A DNA stretch of 54,530 bases, taken from the NCBI GenBank assembly GCA_045656485.1, contig JAZORK010000080.1, positions 1-54,530 of the forward strand, given 5' to 3'. Made by a program: the position numbers and the translations under genes. The DNA is from Acutalibacteraceae bacterium. GTDB lineage: Bacteria > Bacillota > Clostridia > Oscillospirales > Acutalibacteraceae. The notes under the pieces were generated by a model. That model was not told where the DNA came from. It searched no databases and saw nothing but the letters and a program-made list of their open reading frames with translations. Shown in pieces: positions 1 through 10,067 of the stretch. The first letter of the stretch is position 1, and each line of letters begins with the position of its first letter.

Positions 1-393
1 GACCACTCACTTTTAAATAAAACCCTTATGGATGAAATTTTACATTTGAAGGAACGTGGATATATACCCATCATTGCGCATATTGAGCGTTACAGCAGAG
101 AAAAGGGATATAGAGCTTTTTTAAAATTTGTTAAAGAAAACAACATTTTAACTCAGGTAAACGCTACATCCTTTTTTAGCAAATATTACAATAGACCTTT
201 AAAAAAATTAATAAAAAATAACCTTGTAACATTTTTAGGGTCTGATGCACATTCTATCGAAGCCCGACCCATTTTAATAAAAACGGCGCTCGATAAAATC
301 GCCTTGCTTTACGGCGAAGCCACAAAACAAAAACTAATCGACAATTCTAATCAGTTGCTTTCACAAATAGCAAAAAAGGAACTTGAAGTATGA
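1..393 (+). CDS. PHP-fold protein-tyrosine phosphatase, CpsB/YwqE family (C-terminal part; 5' end lies outside the window)
   Basis: The frame is open from position 1. Motifs IIAHIERY and GSDAHS are typical of CpsB/YwqE Mn-dependent Tyr phosphatases. The stop overlaps the next start (ATGA). Confidence 0.7.
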   Translation, partial: DHSLLNKTLMDEILHLKERGYIPIIAHIERYSREKGYRAFLKFVKENNILTQVNATSFFSKYYNRPLKKLIKNNLVTFLGSDAHSIEARPILIKTALDKIALLYGEATKQKLIDNSNQLLSQIAKKELEV

Positions 394-1211
394 CATCAAA
401 AACCTTAAACATCAACACAAAAAACGGTGTTACCTATATCACATTTCCCAAACTTGAAAAGTTAGGATTAGTACATCATCTTTTTTCAACTCGTATTGGC
501 GGAGTGAGCAAAGGCAGATATGAAAGTATGCACCTAAGCTTTTTAAACGGGGATAAAAGAGAAAACGTTTTAGAAAACTACCGCCGACTATGTGCTTGCG
601 CAAACATTGATATTAACAATTTGGTTTTATCTGCCCAAACCCACACAAATAATGTGGAAATTGTTACCAAAGCCGACTGCGGCAAAGGCATTTTTAAAGA
701 AAGCTTTTGTGATGTAGATGGACTTATCACAAATGATTCGGGCGTGGCGCTTGTTACCCAATATGCCGACTGCACCCCATTAGTCTTTTGCGACCCCGTA
801 AAAAAGGTTGTTGCCACTTCGCACGCAGGCTGGCGTGGAACGGTTAAGGAAATCGGCAAGGTTACAATCGAAAAAATGGTAGCAAATTTTGGTTCGAACC
901 CAAAAGATATTATCGCAGGTATCGGTCCTTGTATAAATAAATGTTGTTACGAAGTAGACACCCCTGTTTTTGAAGAATTTAACAAGCTTAACTATCTTGA
1001 TTTAAGCAAAATCTTCACCCCAAAAGGCGAAGGGAAATTTATGCTTGATTTAGTAGAAGCCAATAAGCAAATTCTTCTTAATGCAGGTATTTTAGAAGAA
1101 AATTTAGATGTTTCGGATATATGCACCTGCTGTAATGCCGATACACTACATTCCCACCGTGCCACAAAGGGCGAACGCGGAAATTTAGGTCTTATAATTG
1201 AATTAATATAG
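390..1211 (+). CDS. pgeF: Peptidoglycan editing factor PgeF / YfiH (laccase-domain, DUF152) protein
   Basis: 273 aa. It has the HAGWRG motif and the C-terminal CTxC...HSxR pattern characteristic of YfiH/PgeF. Confidence 0.85.
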   Translation: MTSKTLNINTKNGVTYITFPKLEKLGLVHHLFSTRIGGVSKGRYESMHLSFLNGDKRENVLENYRRLCACANIDINNLVLSAQTHTNNVEIVTKADCGKGIFKESFCDVDGLITNDSGVALVTQYADCTPLVFCDPVKKVVATSHAGWRGTVKEIGKVTIEKMVANFGSNPKDIIAGIGPCINKCCYEVDTPVFEEFNKLNYLDLSKIFTPKGEGKFMLDLVEANKQILLNAGILEENLDVSDICTCCNADTLHSHRATKGERGNLGLIIELI

Positions 1212-1212
1212 C

Positions 1213-1249
1213 AAAAAATCAAGGAACAAATAAGTTCCTTGATTTTTTT
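1213..1249. terminator. Bidirectional rho-independent terminator between convergent genes
   Basis: ATCAAGGAAC (1218-1227) pairs with GTTCCTTGAT (1234-1243). An A-run and a T-run flank the stem. It overlaps the last codons of the minus-strand gene. Confidence 0.7.
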
Positions 1250-2046
1250 ATTATCTCTATTCCCACTACACATTTAACAAAGCTTGAGACCAAATAAACA
1301 AAATATAAAAGCCCATCCATACGGGTAAACAAATTACCAAAGGTGACCGTGCTACCCGCCGCCGAATAAGGGTATGGTAGTTGTGCTGCAAATGGAAACC
1401 CAAAAAGCAGTACCGAATTTAAAATACACACCCCGAACAACAAGCACCCCAAAGACAAACCAATTATATTTGCACCTTTTTTAACACCCTCAGCCCTTGC
1501 GAGTATAGGCAGTAAAACCGATGGCAATGTAATAGTTTTAAGGTATGGTAGCATTTGTTTAAAAACGGTATTGAAATTGGGTATTTCGTATATAAAAATA
1601 TTTTTTACATTAAAATCCTTTAAGGTTGCTAAAAAGAAAAGCAGTATTACCCCCAATACCCCCAAAAAGCAAAGTAAGGATAGCTTTAAAAGTAAACTCA
1701 CCTGCTTAAACGCCGCATAAATTAATATTACCGCAAAGGATAACACAATCAAAAAGGATGGTGTAGTCGGTAATAAATTGCTCTTTATAAATTTTACAAA
1801 GGTTATAAAAGCATCGCCTATGCAGTAAAAACTCAAAAGCACGAAAAATAGTGCCGTTAACTTATTTAAGGGGATTAAAAAGCCAATCACAGTAACTATA
1901 ACCGCAAAAACCGAACACAGCAAAAAGGATAAAAAATTATATTCATTCGCATTTTGGGATGGTGCGGTAATTACTCCATTACCCAAAACAAAAAGAGCTG
2001 ACAAGCAAACAAAATGCTTATTTAAAAAGTTATTTTCCGCTTTCAA
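1219..2046 (-). CDS. Spore germination protein, GerAB-type integral membrane (permease-like) subunit, short form
   Basis: 275-aa polytopic membrane protein, third gene of a GerA-type operon. The N-terminal pattern resembles spore permease subunits. It is shorter than the usual ~360 aa. Confidence 0.6.
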   Translation of the reverse strand: MKAENNFLNKHFVCLSALFVLGNGVITAPSQNANEYNFLSFLLCSVFAVIVTVIGFLIPLNKLTALFFVLLSFYCIGDAFITFVKFIKSNLLPTTPSFLIVLSFAVILIYAAFKQVSLLLKLSLLCFLGVLGVILLFFLATLKDFNVKNIFIYEIPNFNTVFKQMLPYLKTITLPSVLLPILARAEGVKKGANIIGLSLGCLLFGVCILNSVLLFGFPFAAQLPYPYSAAGSTVTFGNLFTRMDGLLYFVYLVSSFVKCVVGIEIIKKSRNLFVP

Positions 2047-2584
2047 AATAAAGTCCCCCTTCTTTAAGGGAAATTTGGGGTAAATCTGCCTTAAACCCAG
2101 AATTAATCAGTTCGAAAAATCGGTTTTTATATGGTTTGTTTTGTTTTATAAGACCCATAATATCATACCCCACACAAGCCGATGACATAGGTTTTGTTTT
2201 TAAAAGCTTGTCACAATTTTTAGTTTTCACAAAATATGCCGAAAGGGTTATTTCTTCTTTTAAAGCGTATTCGCAAATTTGCTTTAAATCATCACCCTTT
2301 ACATTTTCACCCACTACAATAACCCCACAATGCGACAACAAAAGCGGTTGGGTGCATTGGCGCTTTATTTCTACTACCGCTTTATTAATGGTAGCCCCCT
2401 CGCCCTTTAACACCTTAAGGCTTTGCGATGTGTTTTCGCTATTTATTATGACCGTTTCATATAAAACGGTGTAATTATTCTCCTTTTTATCGAACCCAAT
2501 GCTTGAAATTAAATATTCAGGTTTAGACTTTTGGCAACCGCACAAAAAAAGTAATAAAATTATTGCTAAAATACACTTTTTCAT
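2030..2584 (-). CDS. Spore germination lipoprotein, GerAC-type, N-terminal half only
   Basis: Lipoprotein signal with lipobox LFLCGC. The SSIGFDK start is typical of Ger C subunits. At 184 aa it is about half the usual ~370 aa. Confidence 0.6.
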   Translation of the reverse strand: MKKCILAIILLLFLCGCQKSKPEYLISSIGFDKKENNYTVLYETVIINSENTSQSLKVLKGEGATINKAVVEIKRQCTQPLLLSHCGVIVVGENVKGDDLKQICEYALKEEITLSAYFVKTKNCDKLLKTKPMSSACVGYDIMGLIKQNKPYKNRFFELINSGFKADLPQISLKEGGLYFESGK

Positions 2585-4086
2585 TCGTCTTCGTTTCCCT
2601 TTCGCACTAGATTATGGTTAAAAAAGGGGCGTTTTTTCATATTATTCCACGAAGCACGGAAAACGGTATCTTTAAGGCTTTGCAAATTAGCCCTTTTAAG
2701 CGATAAGGTATAATCCACCCCAAAGGAAGAAAGGGATAATATATAAACAGCCAAAAGCATAATCCCTGCAAAATATCCGTAAAGACCCAAGGTTGCCGAA
2801 AGCAAAACTAAGCCTATTCTTAAATAAAAGACGGCAGTTTTAAGGCGTGGAAGCATTAACCCCGCAATACCCGAAAGCGCCACCACAATTAAAATGGGTG
2901 AGCTTATAATTCGTGCTTCTACCGCCGCTTGACCTACCACCAAGCCACCTACAATGCTTAAAGCGTGGCCTAAATTTTGGCTCATTCTAATACCCGCTTC
3001 TTTTAAAATTTCAAAAACAAGTATCATAGCAAGACATTCGCCCAAAGGTGTGAACGGCACACCGCCTCGCAGCTGCATTACAGTTATAGCAAACTCGGTA
3101 GGTAGCAATTGGCGGTGTAAAGTAGATACCGCAATAAAGACCGCAGGTATGCTGATGCTAAGCGCAAAACAAAAATACCTAAGCAACCTTTCAGCCGAGC
3201 TTAAAAGAAAATTTTGATAATAATCTTCGTCCGACTGAAAATTTTCACAAAACAAATACGGCACAGTTGCAACCATAGGCGTTCCGTCCACCACAATAGC
3301 CACCCTACCCTCTAAAAGCCGTGCCGCAACAATATCGGGTCGCTCGGTAGTGCCACTGGTTTTAAAAAGTGAATATTTATTATCCTTTATTTGCTCGATT
3401 ATATAGTTGGTGTCTAAAATTCCATCAATATCAATTTTTTTAATCCTGCTTTTAACCTTTTCTACTTGTTTTTCGTTGGCTAACGTTCCTAAATAACAAA
3501 TAAAAACGGCAGTAGAAGTTCGTCTGCCAACACGAAGCATCTCTACACACAAATCAGGGGTTAAAAGTTTACGCCGTATCATTGCCAAATTAAGAAGCCC
3601 TGCTTCTTCAAACCCCTCACGTGGACCTTGTAAAATCCGTTCTTCCTGTGGCTCCATAATGCCACGGGTGCGAAAGCCTTTAACATCCATCATAAGCGCA
3701 TTTGGACTCTTGTCTATTAAAAGCACCGCTTCGCCGTATAAAATACCCTGCAAAAGCTCGGCTATATTATTTACCTTTTTAACGTCACGTGCAAAAAGCA
3801 TTTGCTTGCCTATAAAATCGGCAACACAACCGCCCATATTGGAAGTATCCACCGTTACAAGCGGTTTTATAATCGCTTCATTTATTTGCATTGAGTCGGT
3901 CATACCGTCCATATAAATAAGGGCGCATTTTATGGGTGTGCCGTTATTCGCTGCGATTTCCTTTACCCTAAAAATTACATCGTTTTTAAAAAGTTCTTTA
4001 AAAAAGCTTAAATCCTGCTTTAATTTTCCGCTTAAATAATTATCCTTATAATCATTAATTTGACCTGCCACTAAATCACCACACAT
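2581..4086 (-). CDS. Spore germination protein, GerA family A subunit (GerAA/SpoVAF-like)
   Basis: 501 aa with a soluble N-terminal domain plus a C-terminal membrane domain. Conserved GerA-family stretches are present (PQEERILQGPREGF, GRVAIVVDGTP). Confidence 0.85.
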   Translation of the reverse strand: MCGDLVAGQINDYKDNYLSGKLKQDLSFFKELFKNDVIFRVKEIAANNGTPIKCALIYMDGMTDSMQINEAIIKPLVTVDTSNMGGCVADFIGKQMLFARDVKKVNNIAELLQGILYGEAVLLIDKSPNALMMDVKGFRTRGIMEPQEERILQGPREGFEEAGLLNLAMIRRKLLTPDLCVEMLRVGRRTSTAVFICYLGTLANEKQVEKVKSRIKKIDIDGILDTNYIIEQIKDNKYSLFKTSGTTERPDIVAARLLEGRVAIVVDGTPMVATVPYLFCENFQSDEDYYQNFLLSSAERLLRYFCFALSISIPAVFIAVSTLHRQLLPTEFAITVMQLRGGVPFTPLGECLAMILVFEILKEAGIRMSQNLGHALSIVGGLVVGQAAVEARIISSPILIVVALSGIAGLMLPRLKTAVFYLRIGLVLLSATLGLYGYFAGIMLLAVYILSLSSFGVDYTLSLKRANLQSLKDTVFRASWNNMKKRPFFNHNLVRKGNEDE

Positions 4087-4136
4087 ATTTTAAATTAGTG
4101 TGTGTGAAAATCCTTCTATAATACACATCTTAATCA

Positions 4137-4164
4137 TTGAAAAAATTTTTTGCTATGTTATAAT
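4137..4164 (+). promoter_or_regulatory. Sigma-A type promoter for the 4197 gene
   Basis: TTGAAA (4137-4142), 16-nt spacer, TGtTATAAT extended -10 (4156-4164). Confidence 0.4.
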
Positions 4165-4196
4165 ATAATAAAATGAAGTAAAGGAGATATTAAATA

Positions 4197-5873
4197 ATGA
4201 AGAAAATACTTTCTATATTATTAGTTTTAGTATTTGTTTTTTCAAGTCTCACCCTTTCAGCCTCTGCAACCACTACAGACACTTCCACTTGTGAAAAGCA
4301 CGTAGAAGAAATTGTTGTTAAAAAAGCAAGTACAAAAAAGAATGGCAGTGTAAATTTAGTTTGCAAAAACTGTAAAGAAAACATTGTTTCATCCGAATTA
4401 CCTAAAATTGCAGGTGCTTTTCTTTCTACAGAGGTTTACACCTATAACGGAAAGGAAAGAAAACCCTCTGTAACAGTATTAGACGACCACGGCCTTATAT
4501 TAACCAAAAATAAAGACTACACCATTTCCTACCCATCCGGAAGAAAAAAGTGCGGTAAATACAAGGTTGTAGTAAAATTCAAGGGTAATTATACCGGCAC
4601 GAAAAATTTATATTTTAAAATCACATCCGCTAAAACCGAAATAAAATCGCTTACCGTAGAAAGCAAGACCTCATTAAAAGTTAAGTGGAAATCAGTTAAA
4701 AAAGGTGTAACCGGTTTTCAAATCCAGTGTAGTACATCAAGCAAATTTAAAGATGGTACCGTTGTAACCAAAAAGATAAAGGGCTACAAGAATACTTCTG
4801 CCACAATTAAAAAGTTAAAGAAAAGCAAAACATACTATGTGAGAATACGCTCATATAACACTACCAGTAAAAAAACAACCTATTCTGATTGGTCGGACAA
4901 GGTAAAAGTAAGCCTTAAAAAAGATAATTATAGTGTAAAAAAACTTTTAAATTCCGAAAAGCTTAACCCACAGAAAACAAATGATAAATACCTTGACAAA
5001 CTGGTAACAAAAACCTTTAAAAAAATACACAAGCCTGGTATGACAACCTACGAAAAGGTAAAGGCTTGTTATGATTATCTTGTTAAAAATATGACCTATA
5101 AAAGCTCCTTCCGCTTTAATCAAACAGCCGGCTATGTTTCATTTTACGATGGTTTAATTGTTGATAATGCATATCACGCCTTATCAACAAAAACAGGTGT
5201 TTGTGATGATTACAGCGCCGCTTTTGTTGTAATGTGCCGCAGAATCGGGTTAGAAGCATATGTTGTTGGTGGCTCGGTTTCTAAAAAAAGTGGCGGTCGC
5301 ACAGGTCATGCTTGGACCTATATTTTGTTAAACGGCGAAAAATATATATTTGACCCACAAATTCAAACTCATAATTTACATGTTCCATATCATTATTTCG
5401 GTAAAACTTACAGTCAAATGGGTAGCACATATAAATTAGTTGCCGGCGTTTACAACGAAAAAGATTTTGCAAATTTCAAATGCCTTAGTTCTAAAGTAAC
5501 AAAGCGAGATATATCTTGTAAAATCACCGCAACCGGTAAAGATAATTCGGTTTCTTATTCCGCCGACCAGGATGGCTACACTTTAACTGCCTATGCCGAT
5601 AATTATTTTGACCCACCCATTAAGGCATATGGCAACAACTTTGCAAAAATTAAGTTGAAATTATCTGGCGGCAGTGGTAAATATGAAATACTTTTAGTCG
5701 AAAGTAAATCCGAAAAAATCATATATGATAGTGTTTGCAAAAAATCATGCTATTGGGATATAGATTTATCAAAATTCAAATCTAAAACAAACACCTTTGA
5801 CCTGTATGTATTCGATTATAACGGCGATTATTCTACCTATTTAAAAATAGCAGGAATACAGCTCAAGCGATAG
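4197..5873 (+). CDS. Secreted transglutaminase-like cysteine protease-fold protein with Ig/FN3-like N-terminal repeats
   Basis: It has a signal peptide. The transglutaminase core is GVCDDYSAAFVVMCRRIG ... GHAWTYILLNGEKYIFDPQ (Cys-His-Asp arrangement). A strong RBS, AAGGAG, lies upstream. Confidence 0.7.
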   Translation: MKKILSILLVLVFVFSSLTLSASATTTDTSTCEKHVEEIVVKKASTKKNGSVNLVCKNCKENIVSSELPKIAGAFLSTEVYTYNGKERKPSVTVLDDHGLILTKNKDYTISYPSGRKKCGKYKVVVKFKGNYTGTKNLYFKITSAKTEIKSLTVESKTSLKVKWKSVKKGVTGFQIQCSTSSKFKDGTVVTKKIKGYKNTSATIKKLKKSKTYYVRIRSYNTTSKKTTYSDWSDKVKVSLKKDNYSVKKLLNSEKLNPQKTNDKYLDKLVTKTFKKIHKPGMTTYEKVKACYDYLVKNMTYKSSFRFNQTAGYVSFYDGLIVDNAYHALSTKTGVCDDYSAAFVVMCRRIGLEAYVVGGSVSKKSGGRTGHAWTYILLNGEKYIFDPQIQTHNLHVPYHYFGKTYSQMGSTYKLVAGVYNEKDFANFKCLSSKVTKRDISCKITATGKDNSVSYSADQDGYTLTAYADNYFDPPIKAYGNNFAKIKLKLSGGSGKYEILLVESKSEKIIYDSVCKKSCYWDIDLSKFKSKTNTFDLYVFDYNGDYSTYLKIAGIQLKR

Positions 5874-5894
5874 TCAACTAAATAAAAATTAAAC

Positions 5895-5939
5895 TAAAAA
5901 AAAACGGGGACCACTTCTTTATAAATGGTCTCCGTTTTA
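5895..5939. terminator. Bidirectional rho-independent terminator
   Basis: ACGGGGACCA (5904-5913) pairs with TGGTCTCCGT (5926-5935), with one G-U pair. An A-run and a T-run flank it. Confidence 0.7.
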
Positions 5940-5951
5940 GTAATTATATTG

Positions 5952-6788
5952 TCATTTGTTTTTATATTCTACATATTCTTCGAGGCACATCCCAAGGTCG
6001 TTTATTTCATAAGCTGCCTTTACACCCACAAAACGCCAGTGCCACGATTCGTAAATAACGCCTGTTTTTTCTTGCTTATCTTCAGCATAACGCATTATAA
6101 ATCCGTAATTCTTAGCATTTTCCTGCAACCATTTATAAGCCTTAGTTTCCTTGAATGAGTGATTAGCGCAGTTTATATCAAGCGCAAGGCCTGTATTGTG
6201 TTCACTTGTGCCCGGTCGTGCCACTATTGTTGCGGCAACGTCCTCTGCATTCTCTTTAGCTACACCGTTGTTTATTTGTTTTTGCACCTGTTTTTCAAAA
6301 AGCCACTTTTGTGTAGCGTAAGAACGGTAAGGCGACCAAACGCCAATATCAATACCATCTGCCCTTGCATCGTCAAGCATTTCTTGTAAATAGGGCCAAA
6401 TATCCTTATCTATTTGGGTAAGTGAGCCTTTAATATATTTTTTGGGAATTTCGGTTAAATTACCTTCGTAATCGTAATCTTCAGGTAATGGATTCCAACC
6501 GTTTACAAGGGTTAAATTTTCGAACTCAACATCCAAATCGTGCGGCATTTCTTGTGGGAGAGAAACTGTAACCTCACTCGAAGTTACGTCCTGCTCAGAA
6601 CTTTCCTCCTCGCTTGATTGCTCATCACTTTGGGTTATTTGCGAAGAGGAACTGTCGGTATTATTACTGTCTTTGCCCAATACCGAAACAAAATATATTC
6701 CCAACACCATAATCACAACTAAAACAATTACAGCAAGAATTAATCCCAAGGGGTTTTTTCTTTTATTATTTGCCATTTTAAACACCAC
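5952..6788 (-). CDS. VanY-type D-alanyl-D-alanine carboxypeptidase (peptidase M15B), membrane anchored
   Basis: N-terminal TM helix, a Ser/Glu-rich linker, and the Zn-binding motifs SEHNTGLALDI and ESWHWRFVG. The start is either GTG at 6788 or ATG at 6776. Confidence 0.8.
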   Translation of the reverse strand: MVFKMANNKRKNPLGLILAVIVLVVIMVLGIYFVSVLGKDSNNTDSSSSQITQSDEQSSEEESSEQDVTSSEVTVSLPQEMPHDLDVEFENLTLVNGWNPLPEDYDYEGNLTEIPKKYIKGSLTQIDKDIWPYLQEMLDDARADGIDIGVWSPYRSYATQKWLFEKQVQKQINNGVAKENAEDVAATIVARPGTSEHNTGLALDINCANHSFKETKAYKWLQENAKNYGFIMRYAEDKQEKTGVIYESWHWRFVGVKAAYEINDLGMCLEEYVEYKNK

Positions 6789-8593
6789 TAATCATCCAAT
6801 TTAAGCACTGCCATAAAGGCTTCTTGCGGCACTTCAACAGTACCTAAGCGGCGCATACGCTTTTTACCTTCTTTTTGCTTTTCAAGTAACTTTTTCTTAC
6901 GGGTAATGTCACCACCGTAGCACTTTGCAAGTACGTCTTTTCGCATAGCCTTTACAGTTTCTCGTGCAATAACCTTGCCCGAAACGGCAACCTGCACAGG
7001 CACTTCAAAAAGCTGTCTTGGAATATATTCCTTTAGCTTTTCGGCAATTTTACGAGCACGGGTATAAGAATTATCGGTATGAACAATGAAAGAAAGCGCA
7101 TCGACCATATCGCCTGCAAGTAAAACGTCAAGTTTCACAAGCTTAGATTTTTCATAACCCTTCATTTCGTAGTCGTAACTTGCATATCCACGTGTACGGG
7201 ATTTTAAAGCATCGAAAAAGTCGTAAACAATTTCGCCCATAGGCAAAATGTAGTGAATATCCACACGGTCACCCATATACTTCATATCGGTGTAAACACC
7301 ACGGCGTTCTTCACAAAGTTGCATAATTGTACCAACATATTCGCTTGGCGAATAGATGTGAACATCCGCCACAGGCTCTAACGCTTCGGCAATAATCGCA
7401 GGGTCGGGGTAGTTTGTGGGGTTGTCCACCGTGATAGTCTCACCACTGGTTAATGTAAACTTATATTCAACACTGGGGGCTGTGGTTACAAGGTCCAAAT
7501 TATATTCTCTTTCAAGTCTTTCTTGGATAATTTCCATGTGCAATAACCCCAAAAATCCGCAACGGAAACCAAAGCCTAAAGCGTTTGAAGTTTCAGGCTC
7601 GAAAAGAAGTGAAGCATCGTTAAGCTGCAATTTATCAAGCGCATCACGCAAATCGGGGTATTTTGCGCCGTCAGCAGGGTAAATACCACAGAATACCACA
7701 GGGTTTACCTTGCGGTAGCCTTCGAGTGCTTGCGGTGTAGGATTTTCAACTAAAGTGATAGTGTCACCCACACGAGCATCCGAAACGGTTTTAATAGAAG
7801 CCGCTAAATAGCCAACTTCACCTGCTTCTAAAACGTCGCAAGGCTCCATACACATAGCGCTTTTTCTACCGATTTCTACAGTATCAAAGGTAGCACCTGT
7901 CGCCATCATTTTGATAGTATCGCCCGATTTTAGCTTACCACTCATAACACGGAAGTAAACAATAACGCCCTTGTATGGGTCATAATAAGAGTCAAAAATA
8001 AGCGCCGAAAGTGGTGCTTCACGGTCACCCGTGGGGGCAGGAATTTCGGTAACGATTTTTTCAAGCACTTCTTCAATATTAACACCTGTTTTTGCCGAAA
8101 TTAAGGGTGCATTATCGGCAGGAATACCGATAACATCCTCAATTTCACCCTTAATACGCTCAGGGTCGGCAGAGGGAAGGTCTATTTTATTAATAACGGG
8201 TAAAATTTCAAGCCCGTGGTCAACCGCTAAATATGTGTTGGCAAGTGTTTGAGCTTCAATACCCTGCGAAGCATCAACAATAAGCACCGCACCCTCACAA
8301 GCCGCAAGTGAGCGTGAAACTTCATAGTTAAAGTCAACGTGACCGGGGGTATCTATTAAATTAAGCTCATACTGTTCGCCATCCTTGGCATTATAATAAA
8401 GGGTTACAGCGTGCGCCTTAATGGTAATGCCGCGTTCCCTTTCCAAATCCATACTGTCAAGAATTTGCTCCTCCATATCACGCTGTGCTACCGATTCGGT
8501 ATGTTCAAGCAAACGGTCAGCCAAAGTAGACTTGCCGTGGTCGATATGAGCTACAATACAAAAATTTCTTATTTTTTCAAGCGGAAATGACAC
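6788..8593 (-). CDS. lepA: Elongation factor 4 (LepA)
   Basis: 601 aa with the G-domain AHIDHGKST and DTPGHVDF and a LepA-specific C-terminus. GTG start with an AGGAGA RBS. Confidence 0.97.
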   Translation of the reverse strand: MSFPLEKIRNFCIVAHIDHGKSTLADRLLEHTESVAQRDMEEQILDSMDLERERGITIKAHAVTLYYNAKDGEQYELNLIDTPGHVDFNYEVSRSLAACEGAVLIVDASQGIEAQTLANTYLAVDHGLEILPVINKIDLPSADPERIKGEIEDVIGIPADNAPLISAKTGVNIEEVLEKIVTEIPAPTGDREAPLSALIFDSYYDPYKGVIVYFRVMSGKLKSGDTIKMMATGATFDTVEIGRKSAMCMEPCDVLEAGEVGYLAASIKTVSDARVGDTITLVENPTPQALEGYRKVNPVVFCGIYPADGAKYPDLRDALDKLQLNDASLLFEPETSNALGFGFRCGFLGLLHMEIIQERLEREYNLDLVTTAPSVEYKFTLTSGETITVDNPTNYPDPAIIAEALEPVADVHIYSPSEYVGTIMQLCEERRGVYTDMKYMGDRVDIHYILPMGEIVYDFFDALKSRTRGYASYDYEMKGYEKSKLVKLDVLLAGDMVDALSFIVHTDNSYTRARKIAEKLKEYIPRQLFEVPVQVAVSGKVIARETVKAMRKDVLAKCYGGDITRKKKLLEKQKEGKKRMRRLGTVEVPQEAFMAVLKLDD

Positions 8594-8682
8594 TTACATT
8601 TCTCCTAACTTTTAAAATTTAACCTATTATACCACATTATTTTTAAATTTACAATTTATTTATAACATTTATAGCAAATTTC

Positions 8683-8711
8683 TTGACAATGTAATATATA
8701 AGTGGTAAAAT
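8683..8711 (+). promoter_or_regulatory. Sigma-A promoter of the pyr operon
   Basis: TTGACA (8683-8688), 17-nt spacer, TAAAAT (8706-8711). Confidence 0.5.
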
Positions 8712-8726
8712 ATACGGAGTAAATTA

Positions 8727-8847
8727 AATCTTTAAACACGGTGCTGTGACGCCGGCAAGATTGTAATATGCATTTATACTGTATAACTCACGGGGTTGTA
8801 CTGCTTATTGTCATATTCACCTTGCCTTACGGCAGGGTGTTTTTTTT
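8727..8847 (+). promoter_or_regulatory. pyr operon 5' leader with alternative helices (attenuator)
   Basis: The 5' stem-loop is AAUCUU/AAGAUU (8727-8732 with 8757-8762) plus CGGUG/CGCCG. GGCAAG (8754-8759) can alternatively pair with CUUGCC (8821-8826), which is the left arm of the terminator. Confidence 0.55.
8818..8847 (+). terminator. Leader rho-independent terminator upstream of pyrC
   Basis: CACCTTGCC-TTAC-GGCAGGGTG (9 bp, one G-U) followed by T8, ending 18 nt before the pyrC ATG. Confidence 0.75.
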
Positions 8848-8864
8848 CGAAAGGCGGTAGTTTT

Positions 8865-10061
8865 ATGAATAGCATAATCGGTGCAAAAGTTTACAAAAAC
8901 GGTAAATTTGAATCTATTGACTTTTCGACTGATTTGGGCGGTGTTGTTGTCGCTTTTAATAATTGTTTTGTTTTCCCGGCTTTTTGTGACGTTCATGTTC
9001 ATTTAAGAGAGCCGGGTTTTTCATATAAAGAAACCATTAAAAGCGGTACTTTAGCTTGTGCTAGGGGCGGTTATACTGACGTTTGCTCAATGCCAAACCT
9101 CAACCCCGTACCCGACAGTGCCGAGCACCTACAAGCACAGCTTGATATTATTGAAAAGGATGCGGTTATAAACGTTCACCCTTACGCTTCGATAACAGTC
9201 GGTCAGCTGGGTGAAAAGCTATCCGACTTTGATAATTTAAAACACGCTTTTGCCTTTTCGGATGACGGCAGGGGCGTTCAGTCGGAAGAATTAATGCGTA
9301 AAGCAATGCTAAAAGCCAAAGAGCTTGGCAAAATAATCGTAGCCCACTGTGAAGATAATAGCCTTTTACACGGCGGATATATTCACGACGGCGAGTATGC
9401 TAAAAAACACAACCATAAAGGAATTTGCAGTGAGAGTGAATGGGGACCCATAAAACGTGATATTGCCTTAGCAAAAGAAACGGACTGCAAATACCACGTG
9501 TGTCACATATCGACTAAAGAAAGTGTCGAACTTATAAGACAAGCCAAAGCCGACGGTGTGGACATCACCTGCGAAACCGCACCCCACTACCTTGTGCTTA
9601 CCGATATGGACTTACAAGAAGACGGCAAATTTAAAATGAACCCACCGCTTAGAAGCGAGGAAGATAGGTTGGCACTTATTGAAGGCATTAAAGACGGCAC
9701 AATAGATATGATTGCCACCGACCACGCACCGCATAGTGCCGAAGAAAAAGCTAAGGGGCTCGAAAAAAGCGCTTTCGGTATAGTCGGTATAGAAACTGCC
9801 TTCTCGGTTATGTATACCTACCTTGTTAAAACGGGTATTATAAGTTTAGAAAAATTAATTGAAATTATGGCTATAAACCCACGCAGCCGCTTTGGTATTA
9901 AAGACAGTGGCTACACCGTATGGGATTTAGATAAAAAGTTTGTGGTTGACCCTAATGAATTTCTTTCAATGGGCAAAGCTACACCATTCGAAAATTACGA
10001 GCTTTACGGCGAATGTAAACTAACCGTGCTCGGCGACAGTATAAAATACATTAAGGAGTAA
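8865..10061 (+). CDS. pyrC: Dihydroorotase
   Basis: Amidohydrolase motifs DVHVHLREPG and DHAPH are present. I place the start at ATG 8865 (RBS AAAGGCGG) because the longer ORF from 8796 runs through the leader terminator. Confidence 0.93.
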   Translation: MNSIIGAKVYKNGKFESIDFSTDLGGVVVAFNNCFVFPAFCDVHVHLREPGFSYKETIKSGTLACARGGYTDVCSMPNLNPVPDSAEHLQAQLDIIEKDAVINVHPYASITVGQLGEKLSDFDNLKHAFAFSDDGRGVQSEELMRKAMLKAKELGKIIVAHCEDNSLLHGGYIHDGEYAKKHNHKGICSESEWGPIKRDIALAKETDCKYHVCHISTKESVELIRQAKADGVDITCETAPHYLVLTDMDLQEDGKFKMNPPLRSEEDRLALIEGIKDGTIDMIATDHAPHSAEEKAKGLEKSAFGIVGIETAFSVMYTYLVKTGIISLEKLIEIMAINPRSRFGIKDSGYTVWDLDKKFVVDPNEFLSMGKATPFENYELYGECKLTVLGDSIKYIKE

Positions 10062-10067
10062 TGAAAC

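Noticed and set aside
8796-8864. N-terminal 23-codon extension of the pyrC ORF (MYCLLSYSPCLTAGCFFSKGGSF).
   Set aside because: The extension is encoded by the leader terminator hairpin and its U-tract. ATG 8865 has an RBS, and the dihydroorotase alignment begins there.
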